A stretch of 64,000 nucleotides of DNA. It comes from Bugula neritina (lineage: Eukaryota; Animalia; Bryozoa). The stretch's first letter is position 1. Each line of letters begins with the position of its first letter. The DNA is taken from contig OZ037766.1 of assembly GCA_964035545.1 (NCBI GenBank), positions 17,261,081 to 17,325,080 of the forward strand, written 5' to 3'. This document shows positions 1-16,134 of this stretch, one piece after another. The translations under genes were made by a program, and so were the position numbers. The notes beneath the pieces are model-generated. The model saw only the letters and a list, made by a program, of their open reading frames with translations. It did no database searches and was not told the DNA's origin.

Positions 1-610
1 AATACTATGTTCATTTTTGAAATAAATTTTCTGAGACATATGTAAATAGCAGAGAGGTAGTAACTTTATCTCACTATTTCCTGCACGGCCTGCACCCTTC
101 ATAGCTCCTACACTTCTCCACAAACAATGGCTTATATCAAAATTAAAATAAAAGATGAAGATAAATCTATTAAAACTTCAAACTGTAGAATTACCGAGTT
201 ATTTTTAATAGTGAAAAGACTTGAAGGCTATCTTTTAACACGTCAAAACTAGATAGAACAACAAAATTGGTAAAACAGTTTAGCAAATAAGATAAACACA
301 ATATCAAAAATAAACATACCACTGGATAAAAAGTGAACAGACATACATACAGATCATGCATGTACAAGTAAAAATTGTCATCCATAGAACTACTGGCAAA
401 ATAAAAATATTGATATGTTGCATTGATATGTAGCTTAAGAAAACTAAGCTGACTAAAATAACATGAAATGAAATAAAAAATTTAGTTCTATCAATGTGAA
501 AACATCAAAATAAAAGTAAGAATATATGATTAAAAATTTAACAGTTATCAACTACACCACAAATCCCAGTTACCCAGCTTCAAGTACATTCATGGAGAGA
601 CATTTCAAGC

Positions 611-3600
611 TCACTTGAGTTTCCCAGTAAGATACTTCTTGTCAATTAACATGAATGGTACTTCAAACACGAGAGAGAAGATAAAGGCTACAGAGTACGC
701 GCATACCAGATATCCACCAAACATGTAGATCTATAACAAAAATATTTGTCATTATGCTGCTATCATGAAAATACCACCACCAAACAACAGTTACCATACT
801 ATATGATGTGCCAAGTAACCAAATGCTGTGGAAGTTTATTCTCATGAAAAATAGTTAGATTATTTACTGAAGCCGTGTTGATGATTAATATACTGCAGGG
901 TATTTAGAGCTATGCCCAGCTGAGTCATCATAGCTACTCTGAATATAGACACTACAATTGTAAATGATAAACACGCATAGAAATATAAAATATGTGGTGG
1001 AGGAGTGGTGGCATACAAAATTACAAGCATGAATAACTATTAAAAGTGCTATGAAAAATATATAATGACAAGTTATAAATATGTCAAATATATTGCATTT
1101 ATAATTTATAGTCAATCACTCATACAAACAACATAGTTATAAGTTATAGGGGAATTTATACTCTCTTCTCATATAAAATAGAGTGCATCATATCTGATCC
1201 GCAACCTACACTTACCAGAGTTATCTTACTCCAATAAACTTTGTTTTTCTGAGAAGATGTGATAATAGTCATAATAACAGGATGTACGAGGTAAGCGCAG
1301 TAGGTCATTCTGCTAAGGGGGACAAATCCTGGCCATGATAGTAACTCATTCACCCAGCCTATGCAGTATGAAACAGTATAAAAACAAACTTGTACCTTAA
1401 AATACTGTAGTAGTGAGTACCGTAGTAGTTAGTGCTTTTAGTAGTACTAGTAGGAGTGTTGGTAAAAATGTCAACAATAACACTGACTTCTGTAATAGTA
1501 ATTATAGGGAATTTTTAAGAAAATAAAAGCCACAATAGCAATGTTAATTTAGTTATTTTTTTACATTACAGAAGCATCGGGCTCCTCCCAGTATATCCTG
1601 GCTGGGTTTAGACAAGAAACTGTGTGAACTAAATGAATTTTGACAGAGAATCCTACATCACTAGAGATAAGAGAATATCTTTATTGCAAAATAAATTATT
1701 TCACAGAACTGACTTAGCCAAATCTGGTTCTTAAAATAAAAACATAAAATACACACCTCCAGACTCTAGACAGCAAGCCAGTATGATGTAGCCCAAGGCT
1801 ATAGACCAACCAGTCCTACCGAAACCATTGTAAATAGCTGTTTCAGCAACCGTCCCAACTCTTTTCCCAGCTACCAACTCATATGGTCCATAGAGGACAG
1901 CTAGCATAATACCAAGACTGATAACCCACATGCAGACATTACCAACCTAAAAGGTGCGAGAACACTAATTATGAGCAAAGTTGGGTAACTCCAAATAGCT
2001 TGTGTTGGGCTTTTCATAGACAGCTTTTTGCAGCGTGTACAGCATGCATTATAAAAGTGTAAAAAATTATTATCAGAATATGCCTGCCTACATAAATCAT
2101 ACATAGTCATGTAAAACAGAATAAGACAATGCTCTACCATGTTTATTCTAATTGACATCTTTTTCCAATATTATTCACAGGTAATTAATGATTATATGAG
2201 AAAAATACTAATAGTGAGTAACAGTTTATCAAATAATTTCATTCTTGTCAAATAAGAAAGTTTGCTTCGAAATAAAAAGCAAGTTATATTATAAATTTTC
2301 AAAGCTATGATAAAACCTTGTACCAACTACTTCAATGTTTACATTGTTACATAAGATTTGGTGTTATGTTTTAGCTTTTAGCAAATGCAATGTTGCAAAG
2401 CACATAAAAAGTCCATATCACACATAATAAAAGATAAAAAGAGGCTGTTCAAAGCAAAAAATTTTTACCAAACGATACCAATAAAACTGCAGACAAAATA
2501 ATATTTGCACTTGACACTAAAATTCAGTTCATGTGCATCAATACCTAGAGATCCAATTTCCAAACTTTCAATACGCAGCAAAATACAGTTCTATTATTCT
2601 ATTGCTACTGGAATATCATACTAGAGGCAATGGGGTCACAAGTTGGTCAATACAATTCAACAAAATATATAATAATCACTATAATATCATAATGAGTAAT
2701 TAGACTTTCATTAAAGCAAAGATTCATTAGAATATTATGCCTATTCAACAATGGATCATAATGTTTAGCTGCAGGAGAACCCATCACAGAAAAAATAGAA
2801 ATAAAAATATAGAGCAAAATAAATTTCAAATGAGTTGAATCATTTTGGTGCTATTTTTATTGTTACTTCAGCTGGAAAGTTTCACGGTACTTTTCTGTTT
2901 TTCTACCTTTTCATTTTGTTTTCCAAATACCATCAAATTGTTCTGCTGAACTTTATTTTTCAAGAGTAACCGTCTGAGGCAAAAATAAATTAATTTTTCC
3001 GTGTTATAGTTAATTGGTTAGTGGAAATTCACTTGCGTTTTTGTTAATGTTAAACAATGTGCACTTCTAAGAGTGCTCATACTCTTGATGTGAGATGCTT
3101 TTAAAGGCCTGCTGCCAGTAAAGCACTTTTCGTATCAGACGAAAGCAACGGGCTAGTCTATTATTATTATTAAGGATATGTTTTTATATCATAAAAACAT
3201 ATCCTACGATGCCAGAAGACATGCACATGTACTTTAATAAAAGTATAAATAAGGCAATTGAAATAAAACTCAACCTGACACAAAGCGCCGAAATTAGCTT
3301 CATAGTTTCATGCCGCATAGATTTGGTTAACGCCCTTTTGACATGTTTTGATACTTTAAAAATATATTCTATTTTCACAATATCTTAAAGACCTTTTCCT
3401 TCCTACCCTATACATTGCATTTTCAAAACCACCACCTAATTTCCAGCAACCCAAACAGTTTACTGGCACACCTGAGAAGGACAGCTTTGGGCTGCTGACC
3501 TGTATGCAGCAGGTTGTCAGATATTCGTATTACTATTTTTAATATAACATAGTACAAAATTTATGTGTTGAAATGTAAGCAAAATACCAGTCACCTTTGA

Positions 3601-6600
3601 AAGAGGCATTTTCCCATTGCATCTCCATAAACAGTAACCAAACAGAATACCAATGCCGAATGATTGATAGCGAGTCCAGGGCGCATAGTAATAATCCTGA
3701 GCATCATCTGTTATTTCTACCGGATCTCTAAACACACAGCCATATTATAAATAATTCCAGTCAGCTTCTCAACAGAGTAAGGCTTATAAATAATGAATGA
3801 AATAGTCTTTCTGTCGTGCTTTTTTTTATTACAGAAAATTTTACTTGATTAAAGAGAAGGTATCAAAAATAAAAAGACAGGTTAAAATATTGTTAACATA
3901 ATGCAACTATAGAACCTGTAAATAGTTAAAATAAATACACACAGGAAAGATAGTGAACTTCTAAATATGTTGGAAAAAGCAAATAAAAAATGTGGCAACT
4001 TTTACACAAATACAGAAATTCGTTATTGGGAAAACATTTAAAAAAGAGGAAAATGTGCAAAGGAAGCATATGAAATGAATTACTTACAAGAAAGATGTTC
4101 GGCCAAAAAACATGGCTACTCCAAGGTCATATTTTACAGAAGCACCAATAGCTGAGCCTATACTGGCTATCACCATGGCAACAGAGAGGATAACTCCACC
4201 AACAGGCAGCCTATAACACGACATGCTGCTACAGAATTGCATATAGCTTTACTTGCATACAATTTACTCGCATTGACTCTTTATCAACAGCAAACATGTT
4301 TAGGATAAAAACATAGACTTTGTGCCTAACTGACCTGTATAAAATGTAGACAACAAACGGTGTAAGTATGAAGTACTGGAAGTCATCAGAGAGGTACCAG
4401 CTCCACGGGGCACACTGCAATCATACAGTTACCAATATCTGTCATTGAGTAATAGTATAACACACAAGGAGAAGGAGAACAACAAAGAAAAACTGAGAAA
4501 CAAGGAGAAAGTACAAGAGACATTTGCACTAAGTGCTACAAAACATGCTCTAGTCTGGACGTCCAAATGTGTGCCCTTATTCATGGCAAGCAGTTGAAAT
4601 ATCAGCAATGTGTCCTGAAACTTATCTACAACATAAAATCTAATTTAAACAATAGATCATGCTTTACAAAATCCCAAATTTATTTTCAGACTATTTCTCT
4701 CAATTTCTGATTCAACAAATTTTTCAGAGCATAAATAACCATTAGAATAAACAGGTGATCACACAGAAAAGATTGATATAGACTATAGAACGATTCATTA
4801 TACCTGCTCAAGTGGTTTGACCACATTATTGACGTAAAGGATGTTGGCGTACCAATGGCTGGAACAGAAAGCATCTCCAATGGCAGTGTTTACAGGCTTG
4901 AGGGGACCATCATATGAGTATAGCATGAGGCAGGTATAAAACAACAACATGAACCCGTAAGCAGGGGTCAATCTACAATAGAAACCACAATGCTGCCAAC
5001 ATAAAAACCTGCATGAAGAACTTCAAGACACTAAAATGTAGAGTAATTTACTAGTAAATATTAAATCTGCTAAAACACCCACAAAGCATACAGGTTGTCT
5101 CATAATGCTATTTTACTGCACGAGATTTGTCTTCTCTGTAAAAATTGTTCATTTCCTTAATCCCAATTAATTATCCCTATCAAACTCACAAGGCTTGCAT
5201 TTTAATGCCTGCACTAACTTTTTATTACTATACATGTGTTATTGAAGCTATAGCAACACCATAATTTTATTGAAAGTTCACTATTTTTGTAAATAAAACC
5301 CTAAACACTTTGTTAGTGGCTCATCTAGAATTACATTATAGCAAACAAAATATCTGAAATTTAAGCCATTGCATTGTCAACATTATTTACCTACAAATTC
5401 ATAAATAATCATTGCCATCAGCAGAGAGCAAAAGCATGGCACATAAGATTAAATAGTCTTACCTGATATATCTATGAAGGTACATCACAGGAACAGAAAT
5501 GAAGAACTTCCGAGAAGTTGTCTTTCCTTTCTCAAGTTGCACCAATAGCAGGTATGAGGTGAGAACAGCACTGAGAACAAAGAAACTATCAACTGATACA
5601 GTACCGTTAACTAGCACTTGGAATGGCCACGTTTTCATCCATGCAAACAGCGTGAGAGGGTTCACTAGAAATGACAATTCAGAAACATTCACACCTCCAA
5701 GATTGAAGAAAAGCTACACTCTCATTTAAATAAAGAGCTTTCACATTCACTCTAGTGCTTCAATGATAGAGCATGTTTGTACAACTTTTGGCTAAAAACA
5801 TGAGCCACCAACTGCAATTTTTTATAAGCTTAATAGTAGCTGAATCCTATTCAATATAGCCATATAGTTCAATAACATACAGAGAAGTATATAATATAAG
5901 AGTACAATTCAGAGCCTTCGACTATTAATTAATAGTAAGGAATAGCAAGGCAAAGTATGTGCAGGAAACACTAAATTGGGTTTTCAAACTTTTTGCAGAC
6001 AGTTTGAGTCATCACAAAGTTTACCTTCACAGTACCTTTTTTTGGCAAATAATTGTTTTACAGCCCAGAAACATGACCAACCCAATGTAGTCGTTTCATA
6101 GCAGCAGTATTTCAATGACACTCTGTAGCACTGTGACACTATGGACATAGTCCACTATTGTATAGACTATAGAGGATAGTCTCAAAATGGTGTAGATGAA
6201 ACCGTTCCAAAATTTGAATGCTATGTTAATAAGTAACCCACAAACCTGTCCTCAACTCTTTATGATGCCGCACTATCTGTATGCTATGTTAATAAAAATA
6301 CAGTTTGACTTCGTTATTTATGGGTGTACTGCAAATTTTTCAAGTATGCTCCACAATTTCAAAATTAAACTACAACCTTAGCCTTTAGACACAATACTGA
6401 CTTGCCTACTGAATTCAAGGAGAAGACCAGAGTGTGGCCAAGTATAACCCATGTTAAACTGAGAAACCTGATGCCATGGAGACATTTGAGAGATCCTGGT
6501 GCTTGTTTGGTACTCAGTAGCTTGTAACCGTTTGTATAGAGAGAGAAACACATCAGAAACTTTCCTAAAGCACCTAGAAAAAACATCACGTCTAAATTCT

Positions 6601-9600
6601 ACGTAATGCATTGAAAAAGTTGTAAAAGGATGATAAGATGAAAGGGTAAAAGTTGAACATAGCTCAACTGTCACTACCAGTTTCTCAGTTCAAGCATAAC
6701 TTGCTGTCACTGTGTTAATAATAACTGGCTGCAGATACTTTTGTTAGCCTATACTGATTAGAATTAGCTTAACAGAGACTAGAATTGACTAAGCTATAAT
6801 AGGAGAGCAGAATAATGCAGTTTCCATCAAGTCTTCTTAGTTACAGTGAAATCAGAGATGTATTTGTTGATCAGCAATGTGTGTATGCTGAGTTCACAGC
6901 GCTGCCTGCTTGTTGAATAGTGTGACTCACAACATGTCAAACCAGCAACTTTGATTCTGAGCATTCCTATGTTCCTTACATAAAGTGTTAAAACAAATTA
7001 AGCACCTTACAGTTTAGGTGTCGCCTACATAAGTTAGACTTGCATTATTGTAAAACATAATTAAGGGGGGGGGGACATGTTGGTGACAAACCAAAAATAG
7101 AAATTGATCTTTAGAAAAGCTGCCATTAATGCACCTGATTTAAAATGAGTTTTTCATAGCCCACATGCTATTTCTTATACTATTGCATTGTTTAGGCTGG
7201 CAACAAGGATTTCAAGGTACCACAGGCCAGAGCAATTATGATCAATGCCTAATTCCAGGCATCAGCAAATAGTGGACAGAAATTTGACCCTTGAACTAAT
7301 GCATGCTAGGTCAGTGCTCCAGTCACCAGATCCTTGCTTGTATTACATTACGAAATAAATATAACTTCAAGATATGGCAATGAAGCTGACCAAATACCAG
7401 ATTGTAGAGTGAGTGACATAGCATTGTATAGTATAAGAAACTATGCCACAATAGAGTCAATGTACTGCATCAAGCGCTACTTCTAGACAAGGCAAATGTA
7501 AACATTTATTTCTAAGGGTTACACAACATAAAGCAACATTTCTTACTATGAGTTCGTTGTCCCACATTTTGATCTGCAGGAGTTATGAGTATCTCAGTGT
7601 CTTTACTAACTCCACTGCTGCCTCCATTAGCATCCCCGCTGCTGTCACGGCTGCTGTCACTACGAGCCGCGCTAGTAGTCAGATCTGCTTCACTACTCAT
7701 AACGCTGACAGAATGATGGGACTTTGAGGCTGCAGCCACATTCCCTTCAGTTGATTGCGTAGTTTGAGTCGCCTCCGTATTGTTCACCAAGTCATAGAGT
7801 GTAGCAAGTAGGCACACGGCACCCATCACACAGTACACAACTCTACAACCATCATTACAAGCTACACTTAACATAATCTACAAAGACAACATACAAAAAG
7901 TAGAAAAGATATGAAATAAAGATATTTAATCAAATTCCAACCAAGACTTAGTTTATGTATAATACAGATGAAGTAACTGAAATATTTTTGAATAAAACTG
8001 ATTTAAATGTGCATCGTTTTTTCAACACTTTATTCCTGAATCACAATTATGCATTTATAATAAATAACTAAGCATACTAAGCATAGTTTGTCATGATAGA
8101 GAAAATTAATGTAACTTGTACAATTATTGTTGAGGTTTAGTTGAAGAATATATATTTTCCTAAGAAAGGCTTCCTTTAATAACAAGCACGTAGGCTACAA
8201 CAGCGAAGCTAGCAAGTTGCCATCTCTGCCAGTAACAGTCATTTAACTAAGAATTTGTGTAAAATCAAGCCAAATATTTTGGAATATTAAATAGCAGATT
8301 CCACTGAGTTCAAGCTTTGCAATGAGCATCAGTACTGACACTGACTGCAGAAGCTAGAGCTTATGAATCTTGAAAGGACCAGTTGATGCACTTTTAGTGA
8401 TATATTGCAACTCCAGTAAACTGAGTAATTTATATAACTGATGTGGAAATTGTTATTGGCAAAGAAACAAACTGCCAAAATTTTGAGATTGTCAAAATGC
8501 TACGCAAAAAATAAAGTTTATTTTAAAATTAAACATAGCATTTTCTTCCCACATCATATTTTATAATTTATACGCAATTCAACATAAATATACTGTCAGT
8601 AATGATGAATACACTAAGTGTCTAACAATAAAGTAAATCAGTGCGTGTGATATTTTACAAAGTAAAGTTAATTACACTTGATATTGTGTATTAAGTATTT
8701 TACAATATAGTAACTACTACTAACCAATACTAAAGCAATACATGGGTAAGCAATAGGCTGTGAACAAAAATAGGTTTATTTGAAATAAAGGAATAACAGA
8801 GAACAGAAAATTGATGTACCAAGCACCTAGACAGAAAGTTAGTTATGAATTATTTAAAAGAAAGTTGTATTTGAAACTCACATAGTGACTATAGCACCAG
8901 TTGAGTATGGCAACTCTCTCTCTTGACACCCAACATTGACATCTTCAGTGACATTAAGACCAGCTCCTCTTAGTAGAAGTGTGACAATCGTAGAGATGTC
9001 AGTGTCTGTGCATCCAGAAGGAAAGCAACTTCCAACATTAATTCCAACTAAATGTAAGATGCACAGTGATAAGTAGAGCACATGGCTTATACCAATACTA
9101 AAATGTATTAATAGTTTTTACTTTCATTGAGCTATTCCTCTATATCTATAATGATGCACTTTAAAATTAAACTAGACTACTTGAAAATATATGCTTTCAA
9201 ATAAGTTATACAGTTATTATATGGTGTCAAAAAATTCTAAAAGCTTCAAAATTTCAGCTGTGTATTACTGAAATGTTAGAGCTGGAAAATATGCTTAATA
9301 ATACTATGCACAAATTTACGGGCTTTTACAATTTAGAGAATTCATGACCTTTCAAAGAGTACATGCCTAGAGCTCTTGAAATACACAATTAATAGTTATT
9401 CCACAATAACATACAGTCAATGGCTTTTGAAAATTCTAATGTAGCATAGTGTACAAAATACTTTAAGCAGAGTTTGAAAATTATATTGATGATATCAGGA
9501 CACAGGGTTGGTACCTGGATTTCCGTAAGAGCCTTACAAGAAATGATGCATTTCTTATACATTATGATAGCACACAAACTCAACACTTGGCAAACTTTAT

Positions 9601-10446
9601 TAGCCACTTACCAGGAATTCCTAGCCCTACAGTGGGTGGTCCAACAACAGCACCCAAACCACAATACCTTCCTACAAAACTGTGAGGCATGTAGGAGTAG
9701 GGATCGGTGGGACCAATGCTAGTGTTGTAGTAGGATTTCACACCCATACATTCGTCAAAGTCTCCCAGCCAGTTTATGTTCAGCTGAGTAATACCTGCAC
9801 CAGGCTTACCCCATGAGTCTATCACTAGCAAAATATGTATAATAACTTATTAAAAACATCATTCTACTGACACTATTCAAAAAGTACTAAATACACGTAT
9901 AATACAAGTAAGGATGTGATAATTGTGAAATTATAGAACAACAATAGAACTGTCGTCGAATTATCTAAAACAAGCAGACACTAGTGCCCAATACCATATT
10001 TACTAGCAAGCAAGCACAAATACAACCCAGCTGTAAAACACATTCCCAGTAACAAGAGCCTTTAATAAATATCACTTTCATTAACTAACTGGTGGGTCTA
10101 GCATTAAAACTTTATGATGTTTGAGTCACTCACATTGTAAGGCCCAAGTTTTTTCCTTTCCACCATTAACAATACTTTCAAGTACATACAAGGTTTGGTT
10201 GAAACATATATCTGAGACATCTCCAGATGTCTCTGATATTACTTGAAAGACTTTCAGTGGAGAGAGACTTTCTCCAATTGAAGTTATCCGATCAATATCC
10301 CTGCTACTGAGTCTATCCGAAGCTCTCCTCAACTGCTGCAGCTCAAGTAGGGCTTTCTCAGGCCTAACATATGTGCTACTGTCCGCTTGAATAATGCCAG
10401 CAACCATCGCCATTATAGCACCAAGAGCATACACTGATGGTATCAT
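611..10446 (-). CDS. Nose resistant to fluoxetine 6-like / O-acyltransferase-like protein (NRF N-terminal domain + Acyl_transf_3), ~771 aa
   Basis: Phase-consistent coding exons (minus): 10446-10134, 9824-9612, 9047-8882, 7842-7547, 6573-6406, 5664-5463, 4972-4804, 4414-4335, 4210-4088, 3727-3595, 1946-1757, 1358-1216, 730-611 (2316 nt, ends TGA). Signal-peptide-like N-terminus. Family motifs: IDSWGKP..WLGDFDEC, CFSLYTN, CLHGIRFLSLTWVILGH, VDSFFVLS, HRYIRLTP, WSWYLSDDFQ, PWTR, PLSRMTYCAYLVHP, FEVPF. Confidence 0.92.
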
Positions 10447-12643
10447 AATGCTGAAACAAAGTTTACAGTTATATAAAAAAGCTTAAATGAAAGTAGATTT
10501 AACCAGTGCAATGCCATCTTTTAATAGATATATTTCTGTTTATTTTATAATTCAATTTGTAATTGTTAATTATTCAAAATTGATTTTTACTAGAAAAATT
10601 ACAACTTCAAGCCAACAGACAATTTAAAACGCAGTCTTAGGGCACATTAACCATGGAGAATCAAAGATAAACCCTGATGATAGATTAAATAACAATCCTT
10701 TATTGCAAATTCGATTATAATACCATTGTAAGATATAACCCTTTCTTATGAACACCAGTGATGGGTATCGCCGGTATTCTGTAATAACATTGCAAAACAA
10801 TATAATTTTAAATTATTAATATCGTTTATATTTATTTAGGCAACCTAGTTTAATCACATACTTATCTTTGATAGAAAACCTTAAATTAAATATCTTTGTA
10901 TAATGAAACAGTCAATTATAAGCCTAAACTTCAATGCTTAATTAACTGCAGTCAAAAATTAACAAAAAATTGCATAAATATAAAAGACATGAGATTAACT
11001 GAGACACATTTTAACACAGACATTTAAATAATTGTTCAAATCAAGTTTGATTTGGTTGAAGGTAGAAGGTTTGAAATTGATAAATGAACCAATTCCCAAA
11101 ACAAAAATGATAATATTCCAAAACGCATCACATTGCTATGTGAAATTCTGAGGGTTAGACTTCTTTTCTATTGATCTTAATGTATTAGTGTGTGCTAAGA
11201 GCTTCATAAAGTCAATTGATTATTTAATCAGTTTCCCCAGTTCATTATTACACTTCATAGCTGGACCAATGACTGTAAGGTAAATATTTTTAAAATTTCA
11301 ATTAAGCTCATTATTATGCAAAAAAAGACATATGAATCACCCTTGCTTACCAAAATACCTTTCGGAAAAGATGCATAGGGATATTTTATTTCTATAATTC
11401 TATATTGTAAAAGCAAATATTATATTTATATCAATACTTACAGTTGATATAAAATAAATATCAATATAGATATGAAATACTTATAGACTATAATACTTAC
11501 AGTATACTACAATACTTATAGACTATAATGAGTCAATATTTATAGGTATAAACTATAAGAGTTTTGCAATTTTTACTTTACAAATTCAAATACTAATTAC
11601 TAAGTAATAATACTAATAAAACTAGTTATACTAATAATATTAATACTAATAGTCATCATAATACTTATACCAATAGTATTTCTAATAATTATATTAATCT
11701 TGTGCTTATACTGTAACTGTTATAAACTTATAATCATAGAGTACAGACTACCATCATAGTACTTATAAGTTATAATAGCAATACTAATACATTTAGTTTT
11801 ACTAATAGTTATAACAATATTAAATTCAATATAACTATAAGTTATAAGTTATAGGCTTATAGCTATTAGTATTATTTTTTAGTTATTACTTATTATTTGC
11901 AATAAATCATTGCCATTAGTATTACTACCGTGCTAGTGCTAGTACTAGTACTAGTACTAGTATTAGTACTAGTACTAGTACTAGTAGTAGTACTAATAAG
12001 ATTAATACTACTAATTCAAATTGAATGCTGTAATTAGAATTAATTGATTACAATAGAATAATGAAGTTTACTATCAATTATTTCAATAAAACGGTAGTCA
12101 AAAAATGAAACAGTAACAGTAACAGTAACAGCATGTTATTACTTATTATGAATGCGAACAACAACTTAGCAAGAAAAAATGTTAGATCACGACTGAATGT
12201 ACTACAAGCAGCACCAAGTTGGCAATCACTGAGTGCAAAAAGTTGGGACTTGAGATTAGAAGAGTTCAAAGTCCCTCAACTTCTACGCGAGACTCTCGAA
12301 CTATTACACTCAGTGACCATTATCTTGGTGCTGTTTCTAGCAGCATTACCCTATAAGTCGCAATGAACTGAAAAGGTTAACGAATTGCGCCGGTATTATT
12401 CACTTTGCCAATAGTCTGCGTTTTTGACAGCAGTCCACTTGTTGAAGTTTGAGCATTGAACTAGTTATCTATAATTTAGTGGGTTTGAGACTGATCAAAT
12501 GTTGGTAGTCATTCCAAATGTTGTTGGCGAGATGATGGAAATCTGTGGGGCATATAACCACTAACGTATTATAACTTTAATAATAAAGTCAATAAGTTCA
12601 ATGTAAACTGGAACATTCTTAGTTCACTGGACAGCAGCTAGCC

Positions 12644-12965
12644 CAGGGCTGTCAAACAGGCAGCCCCAGGGCCGGATGTGGCCCCTAGTCTACATTTATG
12701 TGGGATTCAAAGGCGTAAAACTAAAATTATTTTATACATTATATATGAATTAGAGTGAAAAAGCCACCAATTTTAAATGTTTAATTTATACACATGCTGC
12801 AAAACATGCAGGCTGCATGTTGGTCTTTGCTTGTGTAATGGATTCAGAAGGATTTGGAATATACCTACGCTGCGGCCCCCACCACAAGCTAAGGCTTACA
12901 ATGTTCCCTTGCCATGAAATATTCCCTTTCAGGGGTCCTCGCTCTGGAAAGGTTGGACATCCCTG
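12644..12965. mobile_element. hAT (Charlie-like) non-autonomous element / MITE, 322 bp
   Basis: Imperfect TIRs CAGGGCTGTCAAAC ... GTTGGACATCCCTG. Perfect 8-bp TSD AGCTAGCC at 12636-12643 and 12966-12973. Confidence 0.88.
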
Positions 12966-13123
12966 AGCTAGCCAACTAGCCAGAAGGTAAAAACTACTAG
13001 GTGTTGTCTAAATGCTAAAGAAATTAATTGTTTGTTTGAAAATACCCATGCAACATGCAAAACGGCTACTTGAACTATTTCTGGTGACCTCTTTAATCAA
13101 GGATGACCTTGCAAGTGATGCAA

Positions 13124-13881
<758 letters not shown>

Positions 13882-16134
13882 ATGAAGCAAGTAGGCCGTG
13901 CTGGCATGGAAAGCACAACTCTTAAATACATCAATATGAGTACCAGAAACATGAAAACAAGTGTCTATAACTGCCACCAATATAATATTATTATACTCAT
14001 TTTATGTAATCAGATAGACTTGAATTTCTCAAAAACTTAAAAATTAATATATTTAGAATAAATATTCAACTTGTGCGGGTTTTAATGGGTAGATGTTCTA
14101 TTAATTTATGATATAACTAAAATCTGTAGGCTGTGTATCTTGAGAAGGTATAATACATAATAAGTAATCATGCCTTTTACTCTTTGCAGGCCAGTAGTGA
14201 AATACAAATTTTCTTTTGCTTGAGCTGTCAAAATGTCTTATTGTCTGCGAGTCTTTGTTTCACCAATAATTTATTTCTGTGGCTCAGGGCTAGTTTTAAT
14301 AGCTCAGTGTTTTCTGGAACAATCACACTCTTGCAGCTCAGTAAATACGCTCATTCAATGCTGCAAGCTATAATCAATAAATCAACTGGTTAATAAGTTT
14401 CCTTACATTTACTTACTGCTACATTTGGTGGGCAATTGGATATTATTAAGCTAATTGAGAGCCCACATTCAGCTGACAACTGACTGCATTCATCCTGACA
14501 CCAACAACTGAATTTTGTCATCCTAACAATCCATTCACATTCACTTGATGCTTTGTCAACAGTTTCTAAGTATTCTAGCACACTTGTTTGATCTATAAAT
14601 TTAATGCAGTGTACATCATTAAGCTACTGACAGTTGTATGATAGTTGTGTGGGCTGAAAAAACTAACTGGAGAACACAAGCCCTTGTCGTAAGAAAAGAG
14701 ATAAAAGACTGTTTCTAGGTGTATATAGTACTTCATTGCGGCAGAAGAAAAGTTTAAAGGTCGTTATCAGTGGTGTGTCCTTTTCGAGCTTCAGTGGTAG
14801 ACTACTCTACACTGGCAAACTTGTCCCCTTATATGCTCTAGATGTCTAGAACCCCAGACTCCGGCGGCGAGATCAGATTTACATATCAATAAATGATATG
14901 TATAAAATATTATTGCAAGGGAAGGCAATTCTAATAAGTACAAAAAAACATACATTTATCATTACAAGAAAAGACAACTTTAAAAGGTAACTCCAAAATC
15001 TACTACGCTCTTTCTGTGACCTTACTGAGATAACATCTCCAGGGCTTCAGAGTAATCGTCATAACCTGCTTCTCCCATCTGTTACCCTGAATTCTAGGGA
15101 CCGCAATCTAATTCTATGAGAGCTTAAAACTCTTTGTTTTGGCTGTTCAATATTAAAATAATATTGTGTGTATTTTATTGTAATTCATCACTTATTTTAA
15201 AATGATATTCATGAATTCTAAAGATTTTAACAAAGCTTCAAGCAGACTTACCCAAGAAAACAAACAATTTGATGCCTTACCAAACAAATCTTTACAGAAG
15301 TTCTCAAAACCGCAGTGTGATCCTAATTTTGGCGATAAATTTACCTACATTATGCATATAATTTTCTCTACTATTCAGTCATACTCTCTTTTTCTTATCT
15401 ACTGTAATAATATGTTATTTGAAAGTCTTTGCAAGGGACTTTCAAATATGAATCCAGCTGACTACCAAGCAAAGCTATTAATGTAGTTTCTCCTCAGTCT
15501 AAAACACCAGGCATTACAACTTTGTTGAAATGAACTTTAGCTAAGCAAGAAAATTCTCCTAAAGATACAAGAATTAGGAAAATTTAATGTAATTGTCATT
15601 GCAGGGTTTGAACAAAACGTTATTACAAAGAAGCTAAAAGCATGAATTAAAAGCAATGATTTTAAACCAATTTAATTATTGCTAAGTTTTGAATTGCTAA
15701 AATAGTATTATGTCTAAATTCAGATTTTATTTCTATATCAAGTACTTATATGAGCAAAAACTACAGTTCCACAGTTATACAGCAGAATAGACCATATAAA
15801 AATATTATAATTAATTATAAATACTAAATTGACGTAGTCAATTAATAGGGTTCTATAGCAAAACATAAATTGCTCCAATTATGTAAAAATTAAGAAAATA
15901 ATGTATTTCCAATAAAAACCATGAAAATATACATGTCAGTGACTTAGGAGTATAATATCACGTGACTGCAACCTCCAGGAGATCACAGACTACATTTCCA
16001 TTTAATATATACAATATAATAATCTTTATGTACATAAAATATTCAGAATTATGTTAGTAGACTGGACGGTTAAATCTAAACATTCTTCCACTCTAAATTG
16101 GCACCAATAAAAATTAGAAACATCGCTATTAGTC

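Noticed and set aside
15000-15200. Possible L2/CR1 3'-end relic (RHNLLLP..DRNLI)
   Set aside because: Too short and degenerate to support without a database search.
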